Shown here piece after piece: positions 27,240 to 41,539 of a DNA stretch of 64,000 nucleotides. The first letter of the stretch is position 1. Each line of letters opens with the position of its first letter. A program made the position numbers and the translations under genes. The DNA is from the human T2T-CHM13v2.0 reference genome, Homo sapiens. The DNA lies in NCBI RefSeq assembly GCF_009914755.1, contig NC_060941.1. One strand, 5' to 3'. Below the pieces are notes generated by a model. The model worked only from the letters and a program-made list of their open reading frames with translations, did no database searches and was not told the DNA's origin.

Positions 27240-27430
27240 GAATAGCAATAATAGCTACTGCTTATTGAGTTTTTACTATACACCAATCATTAATCTAAGC
27301 ATTTTACATGCATTAAGGCTTTTAATTCCTAGAACCCTATGGACCTCACTTTACAGATGAGGAAGCTAAGGCAATTAAAAAGTTACATAGCATATTAACT
27401 TACCCAGGTCACATGGCTGTAGAGCAGTAC
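27240..27430 (-). mobile_element. MIR SINE
   Basis: ctaagcattttacatgcatta...ctttacagatgaggaagctaaggc. Confidence 0.75.
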
Positions 27431-27899
27431 TTAGGCCAGAATCAGGGGAAAAAAGTCAGGCAAGGTGCAGTTTTGAACCAACTCGGCTGCTCCCATGACC
27501 ACCTCACTATGCTCTGGTGCTCAGTGCCAAATCCAGCTCCTTCTTCCCTCTTAGGTGCACCCAGTGCTCCACAGCAGTCTTGCCCCAGCCTTTGCATCTG
27601 TCTCCCAGCACTCTGATATATGAGAACCCTTTTATGGATGGGAGTGCAATTTACAGACTTCTGTTTGCAATCCCTAGCAACCCTTTCCCACACAGCTTCC
27701 CCAGATGATCCATGCTGGGCAGCTAGGGACTGGCACCAAGAAGGCACTTGGAGACCGTCATATTCAGTCACCTCATTTGAAATCTGGGGAACCTGAGATG
27801 CAGAGGAGATGATGACTTGCTGAACACACACAATCAGAAATAAACCTGGACTAGGACACAGGCCTAGAAATCCCATTCCAGTATCATTTAACCCATTAG

Positions 27900-27941
27900 C
27901 CAACCAACCAACTAACCAACCAACCAACCAACCAACGAACC
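27900..27941. repeat. (CCAA)n microsatellite
   Basis: ccaaccaaccaactaaccaaccaaccaaccaaccaacgaacc. Confidence 0.9.
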
Positions 27942-28552
27942 AGAAAGCATTTACTGAGGCACTGTTAGGTGAAAGTGCCAAGGAATGACCAGGGTTTCTG
28001 CTCTAATGCCCACTGACTTATCATTTGTGTTCACCCATGCTTTCACTCATTCATTTCCTTATTCAATAAATCATTAGGCTCAAGAAATAACATGATAAAA
28101 AAGACAATCTCTTCTAATGCAGATGAGACATATTTTAATAAAAATAACAGAGGTATATTCAGAATAATAAACAGTAATAAGAGCTTAAAGAAATAAAAAA
28201 TGTTTAAGGTCTTTTGACAGCATGTAATTTGTGAGGGAGACAGGAAGGAATGTGACCTAGCCTGGAAATCAAAGAAAACTTCCTGGAAGAAGTGGCATCT
28301 GGAGTGAGATTTAAAGGAGAGTAAGAGTGCATTAGGCTAGAAGGGATTGGGAGGAAGAGCATACATAAGAGACCTGAGACAGAATGAATGTAACACATTT
28401 AGAAATATAATAGTGTAATTGTGAATCGTATAATATAGTATGGTGTGGTATACATGCAAACACATATAAAATACAAGGCACTTTCCAGGGAAAGCAACTA
28501 ACATTTACTGAATGATTGCTACATGCCAGTCCCTTTATTACCTCCTTGCTCA

Positions 28553-28829
28553 GTGGAAGGTAATTGAATCACGGGAGCAAGTCTTTCCCATGCTGTTCTC
28601 ATGATAGTGAATAAGTCTTACAAGATCTGATGGTTTTAAAAGAGGAGTTCCCCTGCACAAGCTCTCTCTTTTTGCCTGCTGCCATCCATGTAAGATGTGA
28701 CTTGCTCCTCCTTGCCTTCCGCCATGATTGTGAGGTCTCCTCGGCCATGTGGAACTGTAAGTCCCATTAAACCTCTTTCTTTTGTAAATTGCCCAGTCTT
28801 TATCAGCAGTGTGCAAATTGACTAATACA
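28553..28829 (+). mobile_element. THE1C-like MaLR LTR, 5'-truncated
   Basis: ttcccctgcacaagctctc...ccatccatgtaagatgtgacttgctcctccttgccttccgccatgattgtgagg...gactaataca. Confidence 0.88.
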
Positions 28830-28837
28830 TCGACCCT

Positions 28838-29357
28838 TAGCAGATGCTGCTGATTTTCCCCTAAGTTGCTCCCATTCCTCTTTACCATTTCTGCTTGCCT
28901 TTCCTCCAGGGGCTGTATTTTTGTTGTTGTTGTTTTGGTTAGTTTTTGCCTCTAATCTAATGACCTCTTCCTAGTGTTCTCCTCACAGGCCTGCCCTGAA
29001 GCTCCTAGATCCACTTTGCCATTGCTCCCAGAGAGCTATCAAGACCTGGGAGTTAAGTTATCCCCCTATCCCTGGTGACTCTTAGACAGTGACTGGTTGG
29101 GAGCAGGAAAGCCCAGCAACCTTGCCCAGAGCAGGGGCAAAAGCAGACATGTAATTTATACTCTAGAGCTCTGAGTCAGGCTGAGCCAAAACTTTGCCCC
29201 AAATTGTACCCTTGCCTGGCTTCTTCCACTTCTATGCCCCTCCTCCCACCTTCCACAACTTCCTTATTTATTTTTCCTGCGATTTCTCCTTAATAAATCA
29301 CTCAGACAAGAATTCTCACTATTCAGAAACTGACTCTGGGGAACCCAACCTAAAACA
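28838..29357 (+). mobile_element. ERVL LTR (LTR33/LTR16E-like)
   Basis: tagcagatgctg start; ccttaataaatcact...ggggaacccaacctaaaaca end. Confidence 0.65.
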
Positions 29358-30419
29358 GAACCCACATCTGTCTGAACTTGAAGCCCTTTTTCTTGTTAGT
29401 GAGACATGATGTTAAACAGAGTCACACCAGTGAAGGGTAAAGGAGTAGGAATGATGGTAAGGTCAAGAGCTGGGGAAGGTTTTTTGAGTTTAGAGATGAA
29501 GAAGAAAGCCCTTGGGGACAAGAAATCTCAATTAAGCATCCAAAGACTGGCAGGTTTTAAGCTCAGTGGAGAAAGCAGGCCTCCAGGATTGGGAGGTGTG
29601 ATATCAAACAGAAGGACACGGCAAAGGTGACCGAGGTGCTTACACAACAGAGGGACTTGGCCCATCTGGAAATGGACTAATTTCCAGGAAATTGGAAAAG
29701 AGTGCACGAAAGGAGATCGGGGCCAGACTGCCAAGGGTTTCTTTGGTATCAGGCTAAGGAGGCAAACAGGAGTGGAGAGAATATACTCTTTTGTGGTAGG
29801 CACGCCTTGGTCCCAGTGCCACACCCACCACTTCCCGGCTAAGACCTTTAACAGGTAATTCAGTTGACTCAGCAGTGAAATCAAAAGACCTACTTTTGAG
29901 GATTAGATAAGAATAGCACAATTAAAATCCCTAGCCCATTACCAGAGACTCAAATGACGCTGTTGTTTTTTTTCTCATTCTTGAAGTTTGGGCTTAATTT
30001 TGTACAAGGTGTCACTGCAGAGACTTTGATCAAGAAAATGAAACATTCAAATATAGAAAACTCGTATTAACAGGAGAGAAAAGGACAACTTAAAGAGGCA
30101 CACAGGAGACCTGGAGACCAATGAGTTTTTGCAGGAAACTAAGCATGAAGGAACTGAGCCCAGTCTAGGGTTGCAGCAGTGGGAAGAAGGGGAAAGAGGC
30201 ACTTCCGGTGATATTGACAAGGACAGCTGGTCAGCCCTTCGTGCATAATTAGCATGCAGGAGTGAAAGAGAGGCAGAAGCCCAAGCTGTCTTTGAGGTTT
30301 TGACCTAGTGCCTGAATGCAAAAGAACGAGAGAAGAAGGGCTAGCTTAAGGGTGAAGGTGGGGAATTTGATCTGATGTATGTTGAGCTTGACTTTACATC
30401 TGGCCATCCAGAGAAGCAG

Positions 30420-30620
30420 CAGTATATAAGTCCAAAGAGCCAGACAGGCCTGGTCACAGCTCTGCCTCTTACTAGCTGTGTGACTGGATAAATTTCAGGA
30501 CCTCTGTGTGCCTCCATTTCCTCACCTGCTAAAAGGGAAAACAGATACAGGGTTGCTTTAAAGATTGAGGCATAGAAAATTGTCTGGCAACAGATAGATG
30601 CTCAATAAATGCTAACTTTA
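30420..30620 (+). mobile_element. MIR SINE
   Basis: ttactagctgtgtgac...ctctgtgtgcctccatttcctcacctg...gctcaataaatgcta. Confidence 0.8.
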
Positions 30621-31964
30621 AAAAAAAATTTTAATATTCATCAGGCAATTGGGATCGAGTCTTGGAGTTGGCCTCAGAGCTAATATTGTACATTTGGAAA
30701 GCAAAGGACTAGAGGAAATGGCTGAAACATAAGCACAGTTGAGATCAATTACCTTTTGGAGGAAAATGTCCTGTCAAAGACCAACAGGCACTGAAGATAA
30801 ATGTTAAGTTAGTTGGCTTCTTCTGTTTTCCCACAAGGAGCACAACTCAATTTAGTTGTACAAACATTTACGAGCCAGACACAGTGGAAATGGGGACCCT
30901 GAGATGAAGAAGATGTAGTTCTTTCCCTGAAAGGCTCACAGTTTCTTGGAGGGATGGACACATAGAAAAACCAAGCAAAGCGCAATGTGAGAAGAATTAT
31001 GCAAGAGGCATAAAGGGTGCACCAAGGAGGGAGTGATGAATTTTGCCTAGAGGATTTGGAGAGGAAATAACTGAAACACTAACATCTCTCCCACAGCATT
31101 AAACACAAATAAAAAAATTTCAAATAAATGAACTATGAATAATCACATACACTTAATTATTAGTTCAAAGATGATCATTCAAAGACAAGAAACTCTAACA
31201 AAACTTGTAACTCCAAATGTTTAGGTTATTGCAGTAAAGAGAGTAGGGGATAAAGAATTGCAGATCTGGAAGCATCAAATTCTCTAGCTTCTAACTCAAA
31301 CAGCTTCTAAACCACATGGGTTGTAGATGAAGTAGTTAACTAGGGCTGACTGCTATAATAAAAACATCAATCTGGATTTTTATGAGTTTATGGGTGTGAA
31401 GCTTGGTGTTGACATGTGAGAAGAAAAATATCTTTTCCTTATTAACTGAGTCTTGAGTAGCCACTGAAAAGATGAGGATGATGGAGTCAGAGAAAATATT
31501 CATAGATTCAACTAAGTCAAACCCCTCTTTTGCTTTACTGATAAAGAGAAGACATCAGAGAGGGGAAGTGACTCATGCAAAGTCACCCTGCTGGGGAGAG
31601 CCAGGATGAAGTGCCAGGGATCCTGACTCCCAGTCAAGTTCTCTTTCTACACTACCACTGTGTCTTTTAAATGAACCCTTAAATCCAGATTCCCCCAATC
31701 TATCCTGCCACCGGCTACATGTGCACATACAAATACTCCTAAATTGGCCCCAACTGGCCCAGCACCTCCTCTGCATGGAGTAAGGGTCTGCTGCATCCTT
31801 GATCATATCACGTAGGCAGGAGGCTTAGAGCTAACCACATGGTCTGGCCTCCAGGGGACCATCAACCAGCAGGAAGAATTCCCCAAGGCAATGCACTCTT
31901 GGCTTTCTCAACGTTCCACAAAATAACTGCACCTGATATTCCCCACCAACTAAGGCAGGAGGCT

Positions 31965-32250
31965 CTGCTAATTTCATTAATAACTTAATGAGATTATTAA
32001 CCACTACCCAGTGGGGGCAGATTTGGTTTTTCCTTGGTTATAGGAATGTATCCATTTTTCACACAATTACAGCCTGAGAGGATCATCACTGAGGCTGACA
32101 ATTGTGGGCTTATTAGGAGCAATTTAGACACAAGATTGGATTTCCTTTCTGCCCATAACCTTTTGTTCAAAGCAAATGAACTGGTGTTCCTCATATTAGT
32201 ATATTAATAAAGGTTGTCCAGGAGGTGTTTGATCTTTAAGATTGGCCCAG
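31965..32250. promoter_or_regulatory. Candidate developmental enhancer (paired-homeodomain, SOX, TCF motifs)
   Basis: TAATttcATTA (31969-31979), TAATgagATTA (31986-31996), ACAATTGT, TTCAAAG, TTTGATC and AGGTGT in non-repeat sequence; motif evidence only. Confidence 0.5.
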
Positions 32251-32823
32251 TAGCAGAGTAGTAACACTGCCCTGGGAGGCAGGGTGCCAGGCTTCTCATG
32301 CCAGCTTCAAGCAGCCAGCCCAAGCCACTTGGTGTCTCTGAGCCTCAGTTTCTCATTACCTACTGTGATAGAACTGGACCGGTTTGGTGGTTTGAACTAG
32401 AGACCCACAAGCTATCCACCATACTTTAAGATAACTGATGGAATCATCTGTATTGCTGATCTAACGCTGCATAGACTAAGTAAAATTCTGATATCTCTCC
32501 TTTTGGGCAGAATTATATCTTCTCAGTGCATAATACCAGCTAGCTCAGCCTAGTCAGATGCTGACTGGCTGTCGATGACATCATGGGTATTTGGAAGCCA
32601 TTAGAGAAAAACAAAAGGGGACACCTGAGAAAATTGATTTCTAAGGTCTGTCTCTCGTGAGCAATTCATTCATTGAAACTCAGCTTCCTTGACCCTGCCA
32701 GGCTGAATTTACTTCTTTCCTTCCAACAGCCTTCATTTGGGATTTCAGTTAACTGTGCACACATGTGTCTTTTCCCAAAGAGTCTCTGCTTACCTTAAGG
32801 GTGCGGGGTGAATTCACTCTATC

Positions 32824-33031
32824 CACAAGTGTGTTGGAGCTAACTCACATTGGCTCGCAAAAGCCAATTACCTGCATTTCTTCCAAACCCTGAGTTCAGT
32901 GGACTCTATGTTGGCAGCTTGAGATCAGTCATGGTGGGGATATTTATAACAGAGAAATCGGCAAACACTACAAATCAGGATTTGTTTCTTCCCACAGCGC
33001 TGGTTGTTAAATATTCACCAACACATCACTG
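32824..33031 (+). mobile_element. MER63A-like hAT-Blackjack element
   Basis: ttggcagcttgagatcagtcatggtggggatattta...gaaatcggcaaacactacaaatcagg...accaacacatcactg. Confidence 0.8.
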
Positions 33032-36000
33032 ACTATATCCCCACTGCCAAGCATTTAGGATGTAATAAGAACGTAGTTGAGATTTGATGAATAAATGAAT
33101 GACCAGAGTCAGCAAACCTGGGTACTGACGGGTTTCAAGCAGGCTGAATGCTATGTATACATGAGTTAGAAAGTGTCCCGAGTAGCTTGCATGAGAGGTA
33201 TACAACTAGAGCAGTGGCTTGAAACCCTGGCTGTATGTTAAAATTACCTGGTGCCCAGTCCACAGCTCAATCCTGAAGTCCTGGAGTGGGTATTGGATAT
33301 CAGTATTTTCTATGCCCACATGATTTCATGTTTGAGAATCACTGATCTAGAAAAGTTCCTGGACTAATCATGGCCACCATAACACCCAGCCTCAGTGCTC
33401 CAGTGCCCATGACTGCCTACCACTTTAATTCAGGGAGCCTGAAAGTCAAGCAGAAATATAATTTCATTGGTAGATTGGTAGCTTCCCTGTAATTAAGCAG
33501 TAAGGTTACAAGGAGGTACTCCTCCCCAGTTGGTATGGTTTCAGTTTTTTTGGCACATGTCCAGAATGATGATTTAGTTAGGTAGCCATTTAAGAGACAG
33601 CATCTTGACTTGTCCAAAAGAGAACAGCAGCCTCAGCCTACAAGTCACTGGTACATGCCCATGACCCCACTCTCCTCTACTGCCATGCGCCTCCCTGCAC
33701 AGCCACATGGCTGTTATTTTTCTCTCTTTAAAGGACCAGCACAAATACTGCCTCTTCTTTGAAGTTCTTTGAGGCTTTTGCCAGTGTGTCTGGCTGATGG
33801 CTGGAGAGATCAAGGAGAAACAGACTCTGAGTTGAAGCTCCAGCTCTAGAATTCATAGCTGTGAAAATTTGGCAAGCCACTTAGCTTCTCTGAGCCACAT
33901 GTTCTGCCTATAGAAAATGAAGTGGGTAGCACATAAATGGATACATCTGGATGTGTTTGGTATCATGTACTGGAAGTGGGAGAGAACTGAACTGTGATAG
34001 TTTAGTCTAGTGTCTGTTCTGCCCCCTCAGTAGACATTCATTTTGGTCAAGTCACATTCCTCTCTGATCCTCACTTTCTTCCTCAGAAAATGATGGAGTC
34101 TGGTTAGATGCTGTGGACGGGCTTTTTCAGTTAAAAATGAACTTACTGTCTCTGCCTCTTGCTTGGCATGTGTCTGCCTTCCACAGTGACTGATCTTTTT
34201 CTATATACAACCTGTCTTTCCAACCAGATTAGGGAACCCCAAAGAGTAGTGAATGTGTCTTTTTTGCCTGTGTATCTCCAGAGCCCAGAACAGCGCTCCA
34301 AACTTAGACATGTATTAGATTAAGCTCCTATCACCTTAGTTCTCCCCTGCTTTGCAAATATTTCATCAAATGAAGGGGCCAGCTCAAGCCTATTACAGAG
34401 CTGTCTGAGGCTGGTGTATCAGGGTCCCGTGCCCCAGAGGATCTAAAGCTGCTATAACTACTTGTATATTGCTCAATATGTGTCAGCTGCCAGCAAAGGA
34501 CTATGGGTAAGTTTCCCAAATTATAAGAAGAGCCATGTGGTAAATCACCAATGGATTAGGCACAGGATGCAAAGAATGTTCTTTCAAATGTCACCCACCT
34601 GGAATGATGCATGGTGCCATGAGGAACACGGCACGGTGTCACTTGGACATGACCAAAGTAGACCGTCAGAAGTCACAGCACGCTGTAGGGCCAGATGAAT
34701 TTCCTGACCACTCCTCTGTGGGTCCCTAAGTCATGAGGTACACTAGGCAATATCTACTCAGTAATTGCCTCTTTCCCTAAGTGAGCCAGACCCAATGTGT
34801 TTTTTATTTCTCCTTAAATGAGAATTTGCTAGCAGGCCTGTATTTTTTCTCGCCTAATAACAAGTGACAGCAACGTGCGAAGTTAGCTGTAGCAGGCACC
34901 GAGGACTGAATTTTGCAAACTCCCAAACAAGCTGAGAAATCAGTAGCTGACCCTCAAGGTCCAGTGGTATCTAGTGGTCTTCTTGACTGTGAACCCACTA
35001 GAAAGGATTAGGGAAGCCCTTGGTACCAGACACTCATAGACTTTGGAGTGGGGAAACTGATGATTCTACACCTACTAGGAAGTTTTACTGATCCCAGATT
35101 GGCCTATTTGACCCAAGTATTCTGAAGGATTGGGGACAATGCAGAAAAAAAACGGTGCTTCTTGAGATGAGATTTCAAATATTGCTCTCTCAAGGAGGTG
35201 ATCTATATGTATGATTTCAACTTTTCACATATAGACCCTTCCTAGCATTGGGGACATCAAAGAAATCCTGAGATGTGTTAGAGGACTCCACATTTCTCAT
35301 AACTAGCTTGCCTACTAGCTGCATGACCTCCATCCAGGACTGTACCTATGGCCATGAAGCTCAAATCCCACACAACACCAGGCTGTGTCATCCCTGTAGA
35401 CAGTAACACCAACAGCTCCCACTGGAGCTGTGAAGCATGGCAGGGAGATTTTATCTCTCTGATAAATTTCTTCATTTGTAGAGACAACAATGTCTTATTC
35501 ACAGGACAATTGGGTGGATAAAATTGGGCAAGTGGGTGAATTAGGCCCTTTTCCTGTCCTCAACACAAAGTCCAATCCTGACCTCTTAACCTTCAAGGCT
35601 TGAGACCTGGAACCTGGCAGAAGGAGAGTCTCCCCTGTCCATCCTTTACCCACCTCTTCTACCTCATCTCCTCCTCACTCTCTGGCATGTACCCTGGCTC
35701 CTTCCATAATGAACTACACTCTCTTTTCTCTGTGTATGTATGTGTATGTGTCTTTTTTAAAAAATTGTTCTTATTTTATTCTATTCCAGCTTTATGGAAG
35801 AACAACTGATGAAGAAAAATTGTATATATTCCCGGCATACCATGTGATATACATATGTGTGTATGTATATGTTTGTATATACATACACACGCATATAAAC
35901 CACAATCTGTGCGTGTATATATGTGTGTGTGTATATACACACACACAAATGCACGTATATATACCACATTGTGTATAAATAAAATACCACATTTTCTTTA

Positions 36001-36175
36001 TTCATTCACCCATTGATGGACACTTAGGTTGGTTTCATATCTTAGCTATTGTGAATAATGCACAATGAATACAGGAGTACAGATATCTCTTCAACATACA
36101 GATTTTATTTACCTATTTTTGGATATATATCCAGAAGTAGGATTGCTGGATCAAAAGAGTTAATCTTTTAAGGAA

Positions 36176-36750
36176 CTACCATACTGTTTTCCACAATGGC
36201 TGTAGCAATTTACATTCCCACCAACAGCGTACAAGGGTTTCCTTTTCTCCATATCTTTGACGATACCTATTGTCTCTCATCTTTTTTATAATATCCATTT
36301 TAACAGGTATGAGGTAATATTTTATTGTGGTTTTTATTTGCATTTCCTGGATGATTAGTGATGTTGAACATTTTTTTTCATATACCTTTAGGCCATTTGT
36401 ATGTATTCCTTTGAAAAATGCCATATTTAGTTTCTATGACCATTTTTAATCAGGTTATTTGTTTTCTTGCTATTGAGTTGTGTGAGTTCTTTACACAGTT
36501 TGGATATTAACCCCTTATCAGATGTATGGTTTGCAAATATTTTATCCCATTCTGTAGGTTGCCTCTTCATTCTTTCAATTATTTCCTTTGTGTGCAGAAG
36601 TTTTTTAGTTTGATGCAATCTCGTTTGTCTAGTTTTGCTTTTGTTACCTTTGCTTTTGGGGTCATAGCCAAAAAAGTCATTGCCTAGGCCAACACCAACA
36701 AGCTTTTTTCCTATGTTTTCTTCTAGCACTTTTACAGTTTCTAGTATCAT
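36176..36750 (-). pseudogene. Decayed L1 ORF2 C-terminal region
   Basis: ORF fragments ETVKVLEENIGKKL...KRQPTEWDKIFANHTSDKGLISK and CSTSLIIQEMQIKTT...[16 protein letters not shown], broken by frameshifts. Confidence 0.92.
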
Positions 36751-37389
36751 TGTTTAAGTCTTTAATGCATTTCAAGTTAATTTTTTACATAGTATGAGAT
36801 AAGGGTCCAATTTCATTCTTCTGAATGTAGATATCAAGTTTTCCCAACACAGTCTGGGAAAGAACAAAGACTGTCCTTCTCCCATTGTGTGTTCTTGGTG
36901 CCTCTGACAAAAATTAATTGATAAAAAATGCAGAGGTTTATTTTGTGCTTTCTATTCTGTTACATTGGTTTAGATGTTTGTTTTAATTTCAATACTGTGC
37001 TGTTTTGGTTACTATAGCTTTGTAGCATATTTTGAAATCAAGATGTCCAAGGCCTCTGGCTTTGTATTTCTTGCTCAAGGTTGTTTTGGCCATTCAGGGT
37101 CTTCTGTGGCTCCATGTAAATTTTAGGGTTGTTTGTTCTAATTCTGTGAAAAATACCATTGGAATTTGGATAGGGATTTCACTGAATCTATAGATCACTT
37201 TGGATAGCATGGGCATTTTTACAATAGTAATTCTTCTTACCTATGAACATGAGATCTTTTCATTTATTTGTGTCTTCAGTTCCTTTATCAATGTTTTCTA
37301 GTTTTATGTGCAAAAATCTTTCATCTCCTTGTTAAATTTAGTCCTAAGTATTTGTTATGCTATTGTAAATGGTATTGTTTCCTAAATTT

Positions 37390-37562
37390 ATTTATTTATT
37401 TTTATTTTTATTCTTTTTGAGACAGTTTCTCACTTTGTCACCTAGGCTGGAGTGAAGTGGTGCAGCCTCGGTTCACTGCAGTCTTGACCTCCTGGGCTCA
37501 AGCTATCCTCCCACCTCAACCCCCAAATAGCTGGGACTACAGGCACTTTCCACCATGCACGG

Positions 37563-37593
<31 letters not shown>

Positions 37594-37711
37594 TAAAGAC
37601 AAGGTTTCGCCATGTTGCCCAGGGTGGTCTCAAACTGCTGAGCTCAAGCGATCGGCCAGCCTTGGGCTCCTGAAGTGCTAGGATTACAGGTGTGAGCCAC
37701 CATGCCTGGCT
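37390..37711 (-). mobile_element. AluJ SINE inside the L1
   Basis: cactgcagtcttgacctcctgggctcaag AluJ diagnostics; degenerate TSD ctaaatttatt / ctacatttatt. Confidence 0.9.
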
Positions 37712-39197
37712 CTACATTTATTTCTTTTAGATATTTTTTTCATCATTGAATACAATGCTACCTGTGGGCTTCTCATATATGGTGTTTATTGTATTGAGTT
37801 ATAGTTTTATACCTAATTTGTTGAGAGTTTTTATCATGAAAGGATGTTGAATTTTATCAAATGCTTTTTCCGCATCTATTGAGATGATCATATAATTTTT
37901 ATCCTTCATTCTGTGAATGCGGTGTATCACATTTGCTGATTTGTGTATGCTGAATCATCCTTGCATCCTAGGGATAAATCCCACTGGATCACAGTATATG
38001 ATCCTTCTGAGGTGCTGTTGAATTTGGCTTGCTAATTTTTTTTTTTGAGGATTTTTGCTTTACATTCATTAGGGATATTGGTCTGTGATTTTCCTTTCTG
38101 TAGTGTTCTTGTTTGGCTTTGGTATCTGGGTAATGCTGACCTCATTAAATATGTTTGGAAGTGTTTTTCTCTCTTCAATTTTTTGAAAAAGTTTGAGAAG
38201 AATTGGCATTATTTTTTAAATAATTGAATTATTTTTTAAATGTTTGCTAGAATTCATCAGTGAAGCCATCAGGTCCCAGGCTCTTCTTTGTTCTGAGATT
38301 TTTGTTTACTGATTCAATCTCCTTTCTTGTTATTGGCCTGTTCAGATTATCTGTTGCCTCATGGTTCAGTTTTGGTAGATGGTATGTTCCCTAGAAGGTT
38401 ATTCATTTTTCCTAGGTTATCTAATTCATTGGCATGTAATTGCTCATAGTACTCCCTTATGATCCTTTGTATTTCTGCAGTATTAGTTGTAACATCTTAT
38501 TTATTTATAATTTTATTTGAGTTTTCTCTTTTTCTTAGTCCAGCTAAAGGTTTGCCAATTTTATTTATCTTTTTAAAAAACAACTCAGTTTCATTGATAT
38601 TTTTCATTGTTTTGCTCATTTGCTTTATTGATTTCTGCTCTGATTTTTATTATTTTCTTCTTTCTGCTAACTTTGGACTTTGTTCTTCCTTTCTAGTTCC
38701 TTGAGGTATACAGTTAGCTTGTTTATTTAAAATCTTTCTTTTGTCTTAATGTAGGCATTTATTGCTATAAACCTCCCTCTTAGAGCAGTGTTTTTCTGTA
38801 TCCCATAAGTTTTGGTATGTTGTGTTTTCATTTTCATTTTTCTCAAGATATGTTTTGGTTTCCCATTTTATTTCTTCTTTAATCCATTGGTTATTAAGAA
38901 TGTGTTGTTTAATTTCCAAATATTTGTGAATTTTTCACTTTTCCTGCTGGTTTTGATTTTTTATTTCATAGCACTATGGTTGAAAAAGATACTGAATATG
39001 ATTTTAATCTTCTTAAATTTGTTAATACTTGTTTTATAGTGTAATTTGATTTATCCTAGAGAATGTTCCATGTGCACTTGAAAAGAATATGTATTCTGCT
39101 ACTGTCAGATGGAATGTTCTGTATGTTTGTTAGGTCCATTTGGTCTATAGTGTTGTTCAAGTCTGTTGTTTCCACATTGATTTTCTGTCTTCATGAT

Positions 39198-39578
39198 CTA
39201 TCCATTTTTGAAAGTGGGATATTGAAGCCTCCTACTAATGTTGTTGTCTGTTTTACCCTTTAGTTCTGTTAATATTTCCTTCATATATTTAGGTGTTCCA
39301 ATGTTGGATGTATATATATTTATAATTGCTATATACTCTTGATTAATTGACCCCCTTATCAGTATGTAATGACCTTCTTCATCTCTTGCAACCATTTTGC
39401 ACTTAAAATCTATTTTGTCCGATATAAGCAGAGCTACTCCTGCTTTTCTTTGGTTACCATTGTCATGGAATACCTTTTTCTGTCCCTTGAATTTCAGCCT
39501 ATGTGTGATCTTAAAGCTGAAATAAATCTCTTGTAGGCAGCATATAGTTGGGTCTTTAAAAAAAATCCATTTAGTCAC
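39198..39578 (-). pseudogene. Decayed L1 ORF2 endonuclease (APE-like) domain
   Basis: DPTICCLQE...HRLKFKG.KKVFH.NGNQRKAGVALLISDKIDFK...RDEEGHYILIRGSINQE..IINIY. Confidence 0.93.
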
Positions 39579-40488
39579 TGTATGTCTTTTGATTGGGGCA
39601 TTTAATCCATTTACACAAAGTAATTATCAATAGGTAAGGCATTACTATTGCCATTTTGTTAATTGATTTCTGATTGTTTTGTAGTTTCTTTGTTCCTTTC
39701 TTCCTCTCTGGTTGTCGTCTTTCATGATTTGATAATTTTTCATAGTTGCATGCTAGGATTTCTTTCTCTGTGTCTTATCTGTATGTACTACAGGTAGTTT
39801 ACTTTTGTGGTTACCATAAGTCTTACGCAAAATAGCTTAGAGTATAACAGTGTATTTTAAGCTGATAACAACTTAACTTCAATCACATACAAAAATTCTT
39901 CACTTTGGCTTTCCCTTTTCTCACATTTTATGTTATTGATGTCACAATTTCTATCTTTTATATATTGTATATCCATTAATAAATTGTTGTAGCTATAGTT
40001 ATTTTAATATCTTTTCCTTTAACTTTTATATTAGTGTTAAAAGTGGTTTATACACCACCATTACAGTATTAAAACATTCAGGATTTAGCTATATTTTTAC
40101 CTTTACAGTGAGTTTTAAACTTTCATGTTTTTATGCTGTTAATGTCCTTTTATTTCTAATAGAAAAACTTTCTTCAGCATTTCTTGTAAAGTGCTCTAGT
40201 GGTGATGATCTCCCACAGATTTTGTTTGTCTGTGGAAGTCTTTATCTCCCCTTCATTTCTCAAGGACAGCTTTCTTAAGTATAGTATTTTTGGTTGAAAG
40301 TGTTATTGTTGTTTTTTTTTTTTCTTTCAGTCCTTTGAATATATCATCCCACTCTCTTCTGGCCTTCAAGTTTTCTGCTAAGAAATCAATTGATACACTT
40401 CTGGAGGTTCCCTTGCATGTGACAAGTTGCTTTTCTCTTGATGCTCTTAAAATTCTCTTTGCCTTTGAATTTGAGAATTTGATTATAA

Positions 40489-40916
<428 letters not shown>

Positions 40917-41539
40917 TAAGCTTTCTGCCCATTACTCTTTCTTTGCTCCTTCAGGGACTCCTATAATGCAAATATTGATTTGCTTGATGGTATCCCCCAC
41001 GTCCTGTAGGCTTTCTTCACTCTATTTCATTCTTTTTTCTTTTTATTCCTTTGAATAATTTCAAATTACCTGTCTTTGAACTCACTAAATCTGCTTGATT
41101 GAGTCTGCTGTTGAAACTCTTTATGAACATTTTTAGTTTAGTTACTGTGTTTCTCAGCTCCAGAATTTATCTTTGGTTCTTTTGTGTTTTTTCTGTCTCT
41201 TTGTTGAACTTCTCATTTTTTTCCATGTATTGTTTTTCTGATTTTGTTTACTTTTCTATCTGTATTCTCTTATACTTCACTAAGCTTCTTTAAGAGGATT
41301 ATTTTAAATTATTTGTCAGGCAATTCATATAGTTCCATTTCTTTAGTGTTGGTTACTGGTGCTTTATTTTGTTCATTTGGTGGGATCATGTTTCTATGAA
41401 TATACATAATCCTTGTTGCCTTGTGTTGGTGTCTGTATTTGATGATGTAGGTACCTCCTTCAGTCTTTACAGACTAGCTTCAGCAAGTTAATCTCTTCAC
41501 CAGCTTACTTTCTCAGAAGTTCTGGGTGGGCCATCTGAT

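Noticed and set aside
32006-32022. CCCAGTGGGGGCAG as a CTCF site
   Set aside because: Spacing does not fit the core consensus; the central AG is missing.
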